Below are positions 51,774 to 60,465 of a stretch of 64,000 nucleotides of DNA, piece by piece. The stretch is from Clostridiales bacterium (GTDB lineage: Bacteria; Bacillota; Clostridia; DUPQ01). Location: assembly GCA_023145435.1 (NCBI GenBank), contig JAGLDS010000003.1, positions 64,276 to 128,275 of the forward strand. The letters run 5' to 3'. A program made the translations under genes and the position numbers. The notes under the pieces were generated by a model. That model was not told where the DNA came from. It did not search any database and saw only the letters and a list, made by a program, of their open reading frames with translations. Positions within the stretch are counted from its first letter, which is position 1; the number at the start of each line of letters is the position of its first letter.

Positions 51774-54044
51774 ATGAAGCCAGTACATATAAATATTGCA
51801 GAATCAATTTTTGAACCATTTTGGGATCCAGAATTAAGTGGACTAAATGATTGGGTTATAACAAATAAAAACGCAAGTACAGTACTATTAGAACAAACTT
51901 GGTCTACTGCTCATTTTATCTTTAAAGAAAATGAATTAACAAAATATGCTTTCACCATGAGTAATGAATACGATAATGTTCTTATTGCTGATATGGATTC
52001 AATAATTATATCAGCAGCACTTCAAATAGAAACTATCATTTTAGTAAAAATTAATGATGGGATAAATATTTTAGAAAAAGAATTTATATGTGAAGACGGA
52101 AAAAAACATGAGTACGAGATGGATGTATCTTCTATTAAAAGTATTACTAAATTATCTATTAGTATAGGAAGTGAAAAAAATGTAGATGGTAGTGGTTGGT
52201 TTAATTGGATTGGACTTTTTAATAAAAAATTACTTAATAAACACCTTGAATCAAAAAATGACTTTGATGAAAACACTTGGGATAAGCATTTAGAACCTAA
52301 AGATTATAAACCAAAATTTATTCCTACATATGGTATTTTACTTAACACCGATGAAATATTAAGTTTAAGAAAAAGAGCCAGAAAAGAAAATGAACAAAAT
52401 AAAAAAGGCAGTAAAATTCTTATGGGAAACTTATATAAAGATGACATAAATTTCCCAGAAAAATATATAAGTGACTCCATTAATTTTCTTCATGATACGC
52501 GATTTAATAGAAAGAGAGATGAAAACAAGTATTTACTACAAAAAGGTGATAAAGCTGTTATTGCAGGTATAGTATATAAAGATCCTAAACTATTACGATT
52601 AGCGGCTAGATACGCATTATCTATTGCATCATGTGATAATTGGGATGATAGTTTTATGTGTAACTATAAAACCAGTACATTTAATCATAGGTGTTTTGTA
52701 CAATCACTTTGTTTATATGAATGTGCATTAATACTAGATATCGCAGGTGAAATGTTTACAAATTTAGGAAGAGATTTGATTCTTCGAAAAATGGCTGAAG
52801 AAGGAATAGGATCTATTAATTTTAATACTTGGAAGTATGAGTATATATTCCATAATAATCAAATGGCGTGGTTTAGCCCTGGCAGAATGTATGGATATGC
52901 TGTACTAATGCAAGAATATCCACGTATAGAAAAATATATGGATATTGCTCTTGATGATATAATTGAAAATCTAAATAACACAATTGAAGAAGATGGTGGA
53001 TATGTGGAGGGACCAGGTTATTTTTCCAGTATTGGGAAGGAAGCTCTTTTAACTTTATATATTTACTCTAGGGCTAGAGGTGTTGATATTAATGAGCTTA
53101 TTCCACCTATAGTAAGTAAAACAGTTGATTTCATTGAAATTGTTAAATCAAGTGATGACTTTATAGATTTTATTCCTTTTTGTGACTCTGGTTTTAAAGT
53201 GAAACCAGCATATATAAATCAATTTAAAGTACATCTCTCTTTTATGACGTATTTCTTTCCTGAAAGTGTTTGGCCTGATATTTATTACAAACACTTAAAA
53301 CTATATGGAATGGGTGACAATCCTATCGTATGGATTCTTAATGATAAAATATCTAAAAGTAATTACAAAAAGAAAAACTTTTTAAAACTACCTGTTACAG
53401 GACACGTATCTTCATATAGAAAAGCTAAAAAAGGATACTCAAGGATATTTGTTCCTGGTAATAAAGCAGGAGCAGGACATACCCATGCAGACAAAGGAAG
53501 TTTTGTCTTTGAGTATAATGGTGAAATGTATCTTATGGATTCTGGTATTTGTAACTATGACAATCCAATAAGTCTTGATATGAAATTTCCTGATAGACAT
53601 AACATGCTAATACCATATGGAACTAATGAAATACCATACCCTGATAATCCTCTTATGAATGATATAATTCCTATTGCTTTTGGAAATGATATAAGCTTTA
53701 ACGCAAAATTAAAGTTATCTCCTGGATGGGGAAAATGGTATAAAAACTGGGAACGACAAATTAACAGTCCATCACCTGAAGAAATAATAATTACTGATAC
53801 ATATAGTCTAAAACAAGGAGAAGGAGTTTCTATGATGTTAAACAGTTCTCTAGAAATATCAAGTTTAGAGAAGAAAGCAATTATTAGTGGTAAAAAAGGA
53901 AACCTCATTATTGAAATACCAGATGATTGTAGTATGAAAATTGAAAAATTACCTAATCCTATTTCACCTCACAATCGACTAACAATTTTTAAAAAGGGGA
54001 TGGAAGGAATATTGAATATAAAAATGCATATGGTATTAAAATAA
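51774..54044 (+). CDS. Heparinase II/III-like family protein (polysaccharide-lyase-like) with an extra N-terminal domain, cytoplasmic
   Basis: The C-terminal GAGHTHADKGSFVFEYNGEMYLMDSG block is typical of the heparinase II/III C-domain. The central region is helical. 756 aa, no signal peptide. Confidence 0.55.
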   Translation: MKPVHINIAESIFEPFWDPELSGLNDWVITNKNASTVLLEQTWSTAHFIFKENELTKYAFTMSNEYDNVLIADMDSIIISAALQIETIILVKINDGINILEKEFICEDGKKHEYEMDVSSIKSITKLSISIGSEKNVDGSGWFNWIGLFNKKLLNKHLESKNDFDENTWDKHLEPKDYKPKFIPTYGILLNTDEILSLRKRARKENEQNKKGSKILMGNLYKDDINFPEKYISDSINFLHDTRFNRKRDENKYLLQKGDKAVIAGIVYKDPKLLRLAARYALSIASCDNWDDSFMCNYKTSTFNHRCFVQSLCLYECALILDIAGEMFTNLGRDLILRKMAEEGIGSINFNTWKYEYIFHNNQMAWFSPGRMYGYAVLMQEYPRIEKYMDIALDDIIENLNNTIEEDGGYVEGPGYFSSIGKEALLTLYIYSRARGVDINELIPPIVSKTVDFIEIVKSSDDFIDFIPFCDSGFKVKPAYINQFKVHLSFMTYFFPESVWPDIYYKHLKLYGMGDNPIVWILNDKISKSNYKKKNFLKLPVTGHVSSYRKAKKGYSRIFVPGNKAGAGHTHADKGSFVFEYNGEMYLMDSGICNYDNPISLDMKFPDRHNMLIPYGTNEIPYPDNPLMNDIIPIAFGNDISFNAKLKLSPGWGKWYKNWERQINSPSPEEIIITDTYSLKQGEGVSMMLNSSLEISSLEKKAIISGKKGNLIIEIPDDCSMKIEKLPNPISPHNRLTIFKKGMEGILNIKMHMVLK

Positions 54045-54290
54045 CCAGTTGAATACTTAAATATAATTTTCTAGTAATCTTAGATTATAACGATGATAAA
54101 ATAATTGCAGTTATTTTATATGGTTTAATAAGGTCTCCAAATTGTGGATTTTAGTATGAAGCAACTGGTATGGGAATTCAATCTATTTAGTAATAAACTT
54201 AAATTTATACATAACAGAATAATGGGATTATACTTATATTTTTATAAAGTGGGTATATTATAAATAGAAGAAAATTATGTGAGGGAATTA

Positions 54291-54521
54291 ATGTTAATTG
54301 AAATAAAAAGTACTATGACAATATATGATTTACTAACAACATATCCTAATATAAAAGAAATAATGGTTGAACTAGGATTTCTTGATATAGTTAAACCAGG
54401 TATGTTACAAAGTGTGGGAAGATTCATGACAATTGAAAAAGGGTCCAAAATGAAAAATATTGGTTTGGAATTAATAAAAAAAACATTTTATAACCATGGA
54501 TATCTGATAATAGATAAATAA
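54291..54521 (+). CDS. DUF1858 domain protein
   Basis: MTIYDLLTTYPNIKEIMVELGF resembles the DUF1858 / ScdA-N-type small domain. ATG 54291 lies 4 nt after GAGGGA; the track starts at GTG 54279. Confidence 0.5.
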   Translation: MLIEIKSTMTIYDLLTTYPNIKEIMVELGFLDIVKPGMLQSVGRFMTIEKGSKMKNIGLELIKKTFYNHGYLIIDK

Positions 54522-54621
54522 ATATTAATAATGAAATAAGGTAGTAATTTTATAATGTATAGAATATACTTTTAGTAGGGTAAAAGATATTTTGACGGGT
54601 GTATAGAAAGAGGGTCTTGTA

Positions 54622-56727
54622 ATGAGAGAAAAAGCACACTTTAAAATATTGTTTTTATTTTTAACAATTTTTATTGTAATGTTTCTAAATATAAATCATA
54701 TTTACGCAAGTACAAACAGTAATATTCATTTAATTGTCAATAATAATGATATTACTTCATTCGCAAGTCCAATTATTGAAAATGATCGCACACTAGTTCC
54801 TGTAAGGTTTATAGCTGAAGAAATTGGTGCTACTGTTTATTGGGATGGGATTAACAGAACCGTTACTATAAAAAAAGATGGGAAAAGTATTTTATTATTT
54901 ATAGATAGTAACTTAATATCATATAATAATAATCAATCACATATAATTTCTGATGTTGCTCCTAAAATAATAAATGATAGAACATATGTACCAGTTAGGT
55001 TAATTAGTAATATTTTTGGTATAGGAGTTTCGTGGAATAACGAAACACGAACTGTATATATTAATACAGAGGAACAATCTACAATAACTTCTTTTTTTGA
55101 TATTGATTTTAGTTTTTATAAATCAGGTGATACAATTTCTGGTAAAACAATAATTGATATAGAGATGGGAGATAAAATTAGCAATAAAATTAGCGAAATT
55201 AAACTTGTTTTATTAGATAAAGGAAGCAAAAAAGGGTTTGTAGTATCTAGAGTTGATGATAAAAATAGGATATTAGAATATATCCCAAAAGTTGAAGATA
55301 ATGGTGAAAAAGTTTTAGTTGTAGCTGTATACGATGAATATGGAAAGTTTATTGGGGGTGAGGCCATCACAATAAATATTGATGTAAAACCTGTTGTTGC
55401 TTTATCTAATCTTGATACAACAAAATTAGTAACAGATACTATATATATAAAACCTTCTATTAATTTTTTAGCAACGCAAGTTAAATATGAAATTACTAAT
55501 TATAAAAGCGGAAAAACGATTACAGTCACTGAACAAGATCCATTTGGAAGTTATGCTTTTGTTCCAACAATGGAACTAAATGGTGTATGTGCTATAAAAG
55601 TAATCGCATACGATGGGAACGGACATGCATATGAGAGCCAAATAAAGTATATAACTGTTTTAGTTAATAGGTATTTATCAATTAAAGGTATTAGTGAAGG
55701 AAAAAGTATTACAAAAGCTGTAGTTTTATCAGTTAATAGGAATTTTGATGTCGTTGAAACACAGTTTATTGTAATGAACACAATAACAAAGGAAAAAGAA
55801 ATACTCATGCAATCAGGTCAATATTCGTATGAGTGGTTTCCAAAACCAAGTAATCAAGGAGATATGGAGGTTTATACCATTGTAACTGATACTAATGGAG
55901 TAAACTATGAAAGTGAACATATTAAAGTTATCATTGATGTTGATGCAATTTTGTATATTAAAGGAATCGGTCCAAATCAAATAATAACTAAGGATATAGA
56001 TCTTTTTATTAAAAGCAATGTTGACTTATATAATGTAAGGTATGTTTTAACTAATGTAGATACAAAAATAGTTAGGTACTTAAGTAAAACCTTAAATGAC
56101 GACGATACCTTTATATACTTTCCTATAAATATTGATATAGGAAATATATCTATACATGCAGAGGGGTTCTATCATGGATATAAAATAAAGAGTGAAGCTA
56201 TCATCCTTAAGGTATATCTTGATACTATTTATGGCCCAAAAGCAATTATTGCAAAGAATCGATTCTTAGGTTTCGCATCAAAACTAGCTGTTAATACATG
56301 GAATGAAACAGGTATGTCTGCTGCATTGCAAACCGCACAAGCTATTCTTGAAACCGGCTGGGGGCAAAGTGTACCAGTTGATAAATATACCGGGAAATTA
56401 TCATATAATTTGTTTGGAATAAAAGGAAGTGGTAGTAATGGCTTTGTTATTTCAAATACATGGGAAGTGTATAATGGTGTGGTTTATAGAATAGATGATG
56501 AGTTTAGAGCATATTATGATGTATCTGAAAGTTGGGATGATCACCAGTATTTTTTGTTTAATTCTTCTAGATATAAACCATTTACAGATGTTATGTATGA
56601 TAGCACATTAGGAGCATGGGCAATTAAACGTGCTGGATATGCAACAGACCCACTTTACCCAATTAAATTAATTAGAATTATTAAACAGTATAATTTGGGT
56701 GAGTTGGATAAAATAATGATAAAATAG
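54622..56727 (+). CDS. Secreted cell-wall hydrolase: signal/anchor, two copper-amine-oxidase-N-like repeats, four Ig-like repeats, and a C-terminal GH73 N-acetylglucosaminidase
   Basis: NDRTLVPVRFIAEEIGATVYWDG and NDRTYVPVRLISNIFGIGVSWNN (CuAO-N-like). About 95-aa divergent repeats. GH73 motifs AQAILETGWGQS, LFGIKG, YATDPLYPIKL. Confidence 0.75.
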   Translation: MREKAHFKILFLFLTIFIVMFLNINHIYASTNSNIHLIVNNNDITSFASPIIENDRTLVPVRFIAEEIGATVYWDGINRTVTIKKDGKSILLFIDSNLISYNNNQSHIISDVAPKIINDRTYVPVRLISNIFGIGVSWNNETRTVYINTEEQSTITSFFDIDFSFYKSGDTISGKTIIDIEMGDKISNKISEIKLVLLDKGSKKGFVVSRVDDKNRILEYIPKVEDNGEKVLVVAVYDEYGKFIGGEAITINIDVKPVVALSNLDTTKLVTDTIYIKPSINFLATQVKYEITNYKSGKTITVTEQDPFGSYAFVPTMELNGVCAIKVIAYDGNGHAYESQIKYITVLVNRYLSIKGISEGKSITKAVVLSVNRNFDVVETQFIVMNTITKEKEILMQSGQYSYEWFPKPSNQGDMEVYTIVTDTNGVNYESEHIKVIIDVDAILYIKGIGPNQIITKDIDLFIKSNVDLYNVRYVLTNVDTKIVRYLSKTLNDDDTFIYFPINIDIGNISIHAEGFYHGYKIKSEAIILKVYLDTIYGPKAIIAKNRFLGFASKLAVNTWNETGMSAALQTAQAILETGWGQSVPVDKYTGKLSYNLFGIKGSGSNGFVISNTWEVYNGVVYRIDDEFRAYYDVSESWDDHQYFLFNSSRYKPFTDVMYDSTLGAWAIKRAGYATDPLYPIKLIRIIKQYNLGELDKIMIK

Positions 56728-56758
56728 CATAATAATTTTTCTATAACTTATTTAAATT

Positions 56759-56787
56759 TTGTAAAAAACAGAATATATCACTATAAT
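56759..56787 (+). promoter_or_regulatory. Candidate promoter of the rubredoxin-domain gene pair
   Basis: -35 TTGTAA (56759-56764), 17-bp spacer, -10 TATAAT (56782-56787). AGAGAGG SD before ATG 56808. Confidence 0.4.
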
Positions 56788-56807
56788 ATTAATAGAGAGG
56801 TTTATAT

Positions 56808-57476
56808 ATGAAAAAATATATATGTCCTATTTGTAGTTTTACATATGATGAAGCGGTAGGGATTGAAGAAGAAAACATAAAAAGAGAAACAAAATGGGAA
56901 GATATACCAAGTGAATGGGTTTGTCCATTGTGTGCCACAAATAGAGTAGATTTTTTAGAAGAGAAAAGTGATATAAAACTTAATGAGCAGGTATCATTTA
57001 GTAAAGAGGATGAAGCAAATACATTAAGAGTACTATCTATTGAGGAAATGAGTGCGCTTTGTTCTAATCTTTCTAAAGGTTGTGAAAAACAGTATAGAGA
57101 TGAAGAGGCTAATCTTTTTAAGCAGTTGTCTGAATATTTTAAAAACAAGGGGGACTTTACTAAAGATGCAACTTTTAGCGATTTAAGTAATTTTCTACAA
57201 AAAGACCTAGATACAAATTATAAAAATGCTAAGAATGTAATAACTAAAAGTAATGATAGAGGCGCACTTCGTGCACTAGTATGGGGTGAAAAGGTAACTA
57301 GGATACTTAGTTCAGTTATCAATCGCTATGATAAAAAGAAAAATGAATTATTAGAAAATACAAATATTTATGTTTGCGAGATTTGCGGATTTGTATATAT
57401 CGGAGAAAAAGCTCCAAAAATATGCCCAGTGTGCAAAGTTCCAAACATGAAAATAGCACAGGTAAAAAGGAGGTAA
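56808..57476 (+). CDS. Double rubredoxin-type protein: an N-terminal true rubredoxin domain and a C-terminal rubrerythrin-type CxxC...CxxC domain, joined by a helical His-free core
   Basis: YICPICSFTYDE...WVCPLCATNRVDF (rubredoxin). YVCEICGFVYIGEKAPKICPVCKV (rubrerythrin C-terminal type). There is no histidine anywhere in the 222 aa. Confidence 0.65.
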   Translation: MKKYICPICSFTYDEAVGIEEENIKRETKWEDIPSEWVCPLCATNRVDFLEEKSDIKLNEQVSFSKEDEANTLRVLSIEEMSALCSNLSKGCEKQYRDEEANLFKQLSEYFKNKGDFTKDATFSDLSNFLQKDLDTNYKNAKNVITKSNDRGALRALVWGEKVTRILSSVINRYDKKKNELLENTNIYVCEICGFVYIGEKAPKICPVCKVPNMKIAQVKRR

Positions 57477-57480
57477 TTAG

Positions 57481-57963
57481 ATGCACGCAGTAAGAAATAT
57501 TAGATTATGTACTAAGGATTGTCTTTGTTTATATGTTTGTCCTACTGGAGCTACAGATACAGAAAGTGGACAGATTGATGCTACAAAATGTATAAGTGGA
57601 TGTAGAGCATGTGTTGATGCTTGCCCATCTCATGCAATCTTCCTAATCCCTGATGAGTATCCATTACAACAGAAAAAAACGAATGATGTAGAAAAAGCGT
57701 TACTAACACTATCTGAAAGTAAAACACGACAAGAGCAGTTAGCTTTAACTATTATAAAAACTTCTGATGACCCAATTGTAAGACAGCTTGCACAAGCGTT
57801 AAGTATGTCTAATAGATTGTTAGCTGAAGATGTTTTAAGGGAAGCAGGATACATGTTACCACAAAGTCAGAATGTTAAAGATTTTCTACAATCATTATTA
57901 GATACACCACAACCAGAAGATTTTCCAATAGAAATTGTGGAAAAATTACTAAACATATTATAG
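57481..57963 (+). CDS. Ferredoxin-like 2x[4Fe-4S]-type domain protein with atypical Cys spacing and a Cys-free helical tail
   Basis: CTKDCLCLYVCP (C-x3-C-x-C-x3-CP) and CISGCRACVDACP (C-x3-C-x2-C-x3-CP). 4-nt gap from the upstream gene. Confidence 0.6.
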   Translation: MHAVRNIRLCTKDCLCLYVCPTGATDTESGQIDATKCISGCRACVDACPSHAIFLIPDEYPLQQKKTNDVEKALLTLSESKTRQEQLALTIIKTSDDPIVRQLAQALSMSNRLLAEDVLREAGYMLPQSQNVKDFLQSLLDTPQPEDFPIEIVEKLLNIL

Positions 57964-57987
57964 TTTATAGTTTTTAGGAGAGTACAA

Positions 57988-59535
57988 ATGAAAGAAACAC
58001 TTTTAGCCATAGACGATTTTTCATTACCATTTAAAAAAAATGTAGGTATCTATTTAAGTAAACCAAAAGTTTTAAAAGAACCAGTATTAAGACCGAGTCC
58101 AGTAGGAAGTGGTGCACCTGATGATGCAGCAACTCATTTCTATGGAACGGTTATTTATGATGATGGAATCTATCGTATGTGGTATTATGCTAGCCATTGG
58201 GGTATAAATCACGATTGGCCACCTAAAATGATGCAACAAATAAAAAAAGCAACAACACGAATTATTGGAAAAAAAAGAATGTTTATAGGACCTTTATGTT
58301 ATGCAGAAAGTGACGATGGAATTAATTTTAAAAAACCTAATCTTGGACAAGTGCTTTTTAAAGGAAATAAAAACAATAATGCATTAGCACTCCCACATGC
58401 TATTGTATCAGCCGCAACTGTTATAAAGGATGTAAAAGAGACAGATCCATTACGCAGATATAAGATGGTATATCAATTTTTCCCAGAATTTAGTGATCCT
58501 TCAATTGAAGAGTATGGTACAAAACCATCAATTGCCATAGCAATTTCAGAAGATGGATTAAAATGGAATGTAATTAATATTCCATTTAAGAATCAATTTG
58601 TTGAGCATTCTTCATTTATAAAACATAATAATCAATATATAGTTCACTATCACGCAATGGGTACCTTTGCAGGGCACTATTCAGAAGGTGGAAGCCCTTG
58701 TGGTCGTACAGGGATGGTAAGAATATCACCTGATTTTAAATATTGGCCAGATATAATGGCAGAAGCCTTTGCTCCTAAAGAACCTGAAAAAAGAGAATTA
58801 AGAGGGCAAAGTGGTATATATGACCAAGTTCATCTAGGTGTAGGTGCAACTAGCTTTGGAAATGTATGTATTGGGTTGTACGGGTTATGGCATAATGCTG
58901 AATTTGATAAAAACTTTGGAGAGATATCATGTGATTTAGGCCTTTTAGTTTCAAATGATGGAATACATTTTAGAGAACCTGTTAAAGGATATAGATATAT
59001 AAAAAGAAATGATTCTCTAGCAACAAAAGTTAAAGGCCATAATTTTAATACAATTTTATGTCAAGCAAATGGGATACTTAATGTAGGTGATAAAACCCTT
59101 ATATACCACGGACGATGGCGTAATGTTTCTAAAAACGAACCCGAAGAATTAAGAAAGCACTATAGTGCCGAAGTTGCATTAGCAACTTTACCAAGAGACC
59201 GATTTGGTTCTCTTAGATTAAACCCTAATGAGTTAAAAGGAAGTATTTGCTCAGCACCTATAACCTTACCAGAAAACAACTGTAAAGCAGTTATTAATGC
59301 TGAGGGATTAAATGGCATAACAGTACAAATATTAGATAAAGATTTTAAAACTATAAAAGGATTTGATCAAGGAAAAGCAAGCGAAAAAAGCGGACTTGAT
59401 TGTGTTATTAAATGGTCTAAGCATAAGCTAAAAGAATTAAGTGGGGAAACAGTGAGGATTTTTATTTATATGAAGAAAATTAATGACATTTCACCAAGAG
59501 TATATGCAATTTATGTAGATGGTGAAAAGAGTTAA
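57988..59535 (+). CDS. Hypothetical cytoplasmic beta-propeller glycoside-hydrolase-like protein (GH43/GH32/GH130-like fold)
   Basis: Repeated blade motifs YAESDDGINFKKP, IAISEDGLKWNVI, LLVSNDGIHFREP. 515 aa, no signal peptide. The family is not resolved. Confidence 0.45.
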   Translation: MKETLLAIDDFSLPFKKNVGIYLSKPKVLKEPVLRPSPVGSGAPDDAATHFYGTVIYDDGIYRMWYYASHWGINHDWPPKMMQQIKKATTRIIGKKRMFIGPLCYAESDDGINFKKPNLGQVLFKGNKNNNALALPHAIVSAATVIKDVKETDPLRRYKMVYQFFPEFSDPSIEEYGTKPSIAIAISEDGLKWNVINIPFKNQFVEHSSFIKHNNQYIVHYHAMGTFAGHYSEGGSPCGRTGMVRISPDFKYWPDIMAEAFAPKEPEKRELRGQSGIYDQVHLGVGATSFGNVCIGLYGLWHNAEFDKNFGEISCDLGLLVSNDGIHFREPVKGYRYIKRNDSLATKVKGHNFNTILCQANGILNVGDKTLIYHGRWRNVSKNEPEELRKHYSAEVALATLPRDRFGSLRLNPNELKGSICSAPITLPENNCKAVINAEGLNGITVQILDKDFKTIKGFDQGKASEKSGLDCVIKWSKHKLKELSGETVRIFIYMKKINDISPRVYAIYVDGEKS

Positions 59536-59539
59536 TAAA

Positions 59540-60313
59540 ATGAGCAATAAATATATTAGAGAAGACATTAGTTTCAAAGTGAATAATAGAGAAATAATTG
59601 CTACAGTTATGTCACCACTAAAAGAAAATTTAGCAAAAAATCCTGCAATACTTCTTACTTTTTCCATGGATGGTCAACAATCTTTAAGCGAGTTACCATA
59701 CTGTGTAGGATCAGATATGTTTCTAGAAAAAGGACATAGAAGTGTAAGTTTTGACCTTCCAAATCATGGTAACCGTATTAATCAATATGGAAGTGATATA
59801 GTAGGTTGGCGTAATTCTTTTATTAATGGAAGTGATCCATTTAAAATGTTTATAGAAGATGCAACAATGTTAATTGACGTACTAATTAGTAAAGGTTTTG
59901 TAAAAAAAGGAAAGATATTTATAAGCGGAGTATCAAGAGCAGGATATTTAGCATTACGTTTATTTTCAATTGAAAAACGTATTAAGGCAGTAACAGCTCT
60001 AGCACCTGTAACTGACTGGAGAGAACTTATAGAATTTAAAAATGATATTAGTAATAATGAACTTAAAGATATAAGTATAGAAAATTACATTACAGATATG
60101 GTAGGACGACCAATTTATTTAGCTATAGGAAATAGTGATAAAAGGGTAGGTACTAAAAGTTGTAGTGATTTTTATAATAAACTAATAAATGAAAATAAAA
60201 GAAAAGGATATAATTGTAAAGACTTAATATTATATATTACTAATGATGAAAATCATTCTTTAGATATTTATTTTAGAGAATTAGGAACTAAATTTTTATT
60301 AGAACATCTATAA
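59540..60313 (+). CDS. Alpha/beta hydrolase (esterase/peptidase S9-like)
   Basis: Start at ATG 59540 (MSNKYIRED). Nucleophile elbow ISGVSRAGYLAL (GxSxG); GNSDKRVG and DENHSL supply the Asp/His. Confidence 0.65.
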   Translation: MSNKYIREDISFKVNNREIIATVMSPLKENLAKNPAILLTFSMDGQQSLSELPYCVGSDMFLEKGHRSVSFDLPNHGNRINQYGSDIVGWRNSFINGSDPFKMFIEDATMLIDVLISKGFVKKGKIFISGVSRAGYLALRLFSIEKRIKAVTALAPVTDWRELIEFKNDISNNELKDISIENYITDMVGRPIYLAIGNSDKRVGTKSCSDFYNKLINENKRKGYNCKDLILYITNDENHSLDIYFRELGTKFLLEHL

Positions 60314-60325
60314 AAGGGGAGAAAT

Positions 60326-60379
60326 ATGATTGTTAAATTGTTAGCAAAACTGAAAAAGATTTTAGTAAAAAAATCGTGA
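60326..60379 (+). CDS. 17-aa cationic amphipathic mini-ORF, or a frameshifted 5' remnant of the next gene
   Basis: AAGGGGAG SD 5 nt upstream. MIVKLLAKLKKILVKKS, then a stop. It ends just after an A7 run. Confidence 0.25.
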   Translation: MIVKLLAKLKKILVKKS

Positions 60380-60465
60380 TTTAGTTGAAAAGGATTTAAT
60401 TAAAATAAATAAAAAGCAGATTTTAGGTACCATAGATATAAAGAAGTATAAGAAAGGAATAGACA

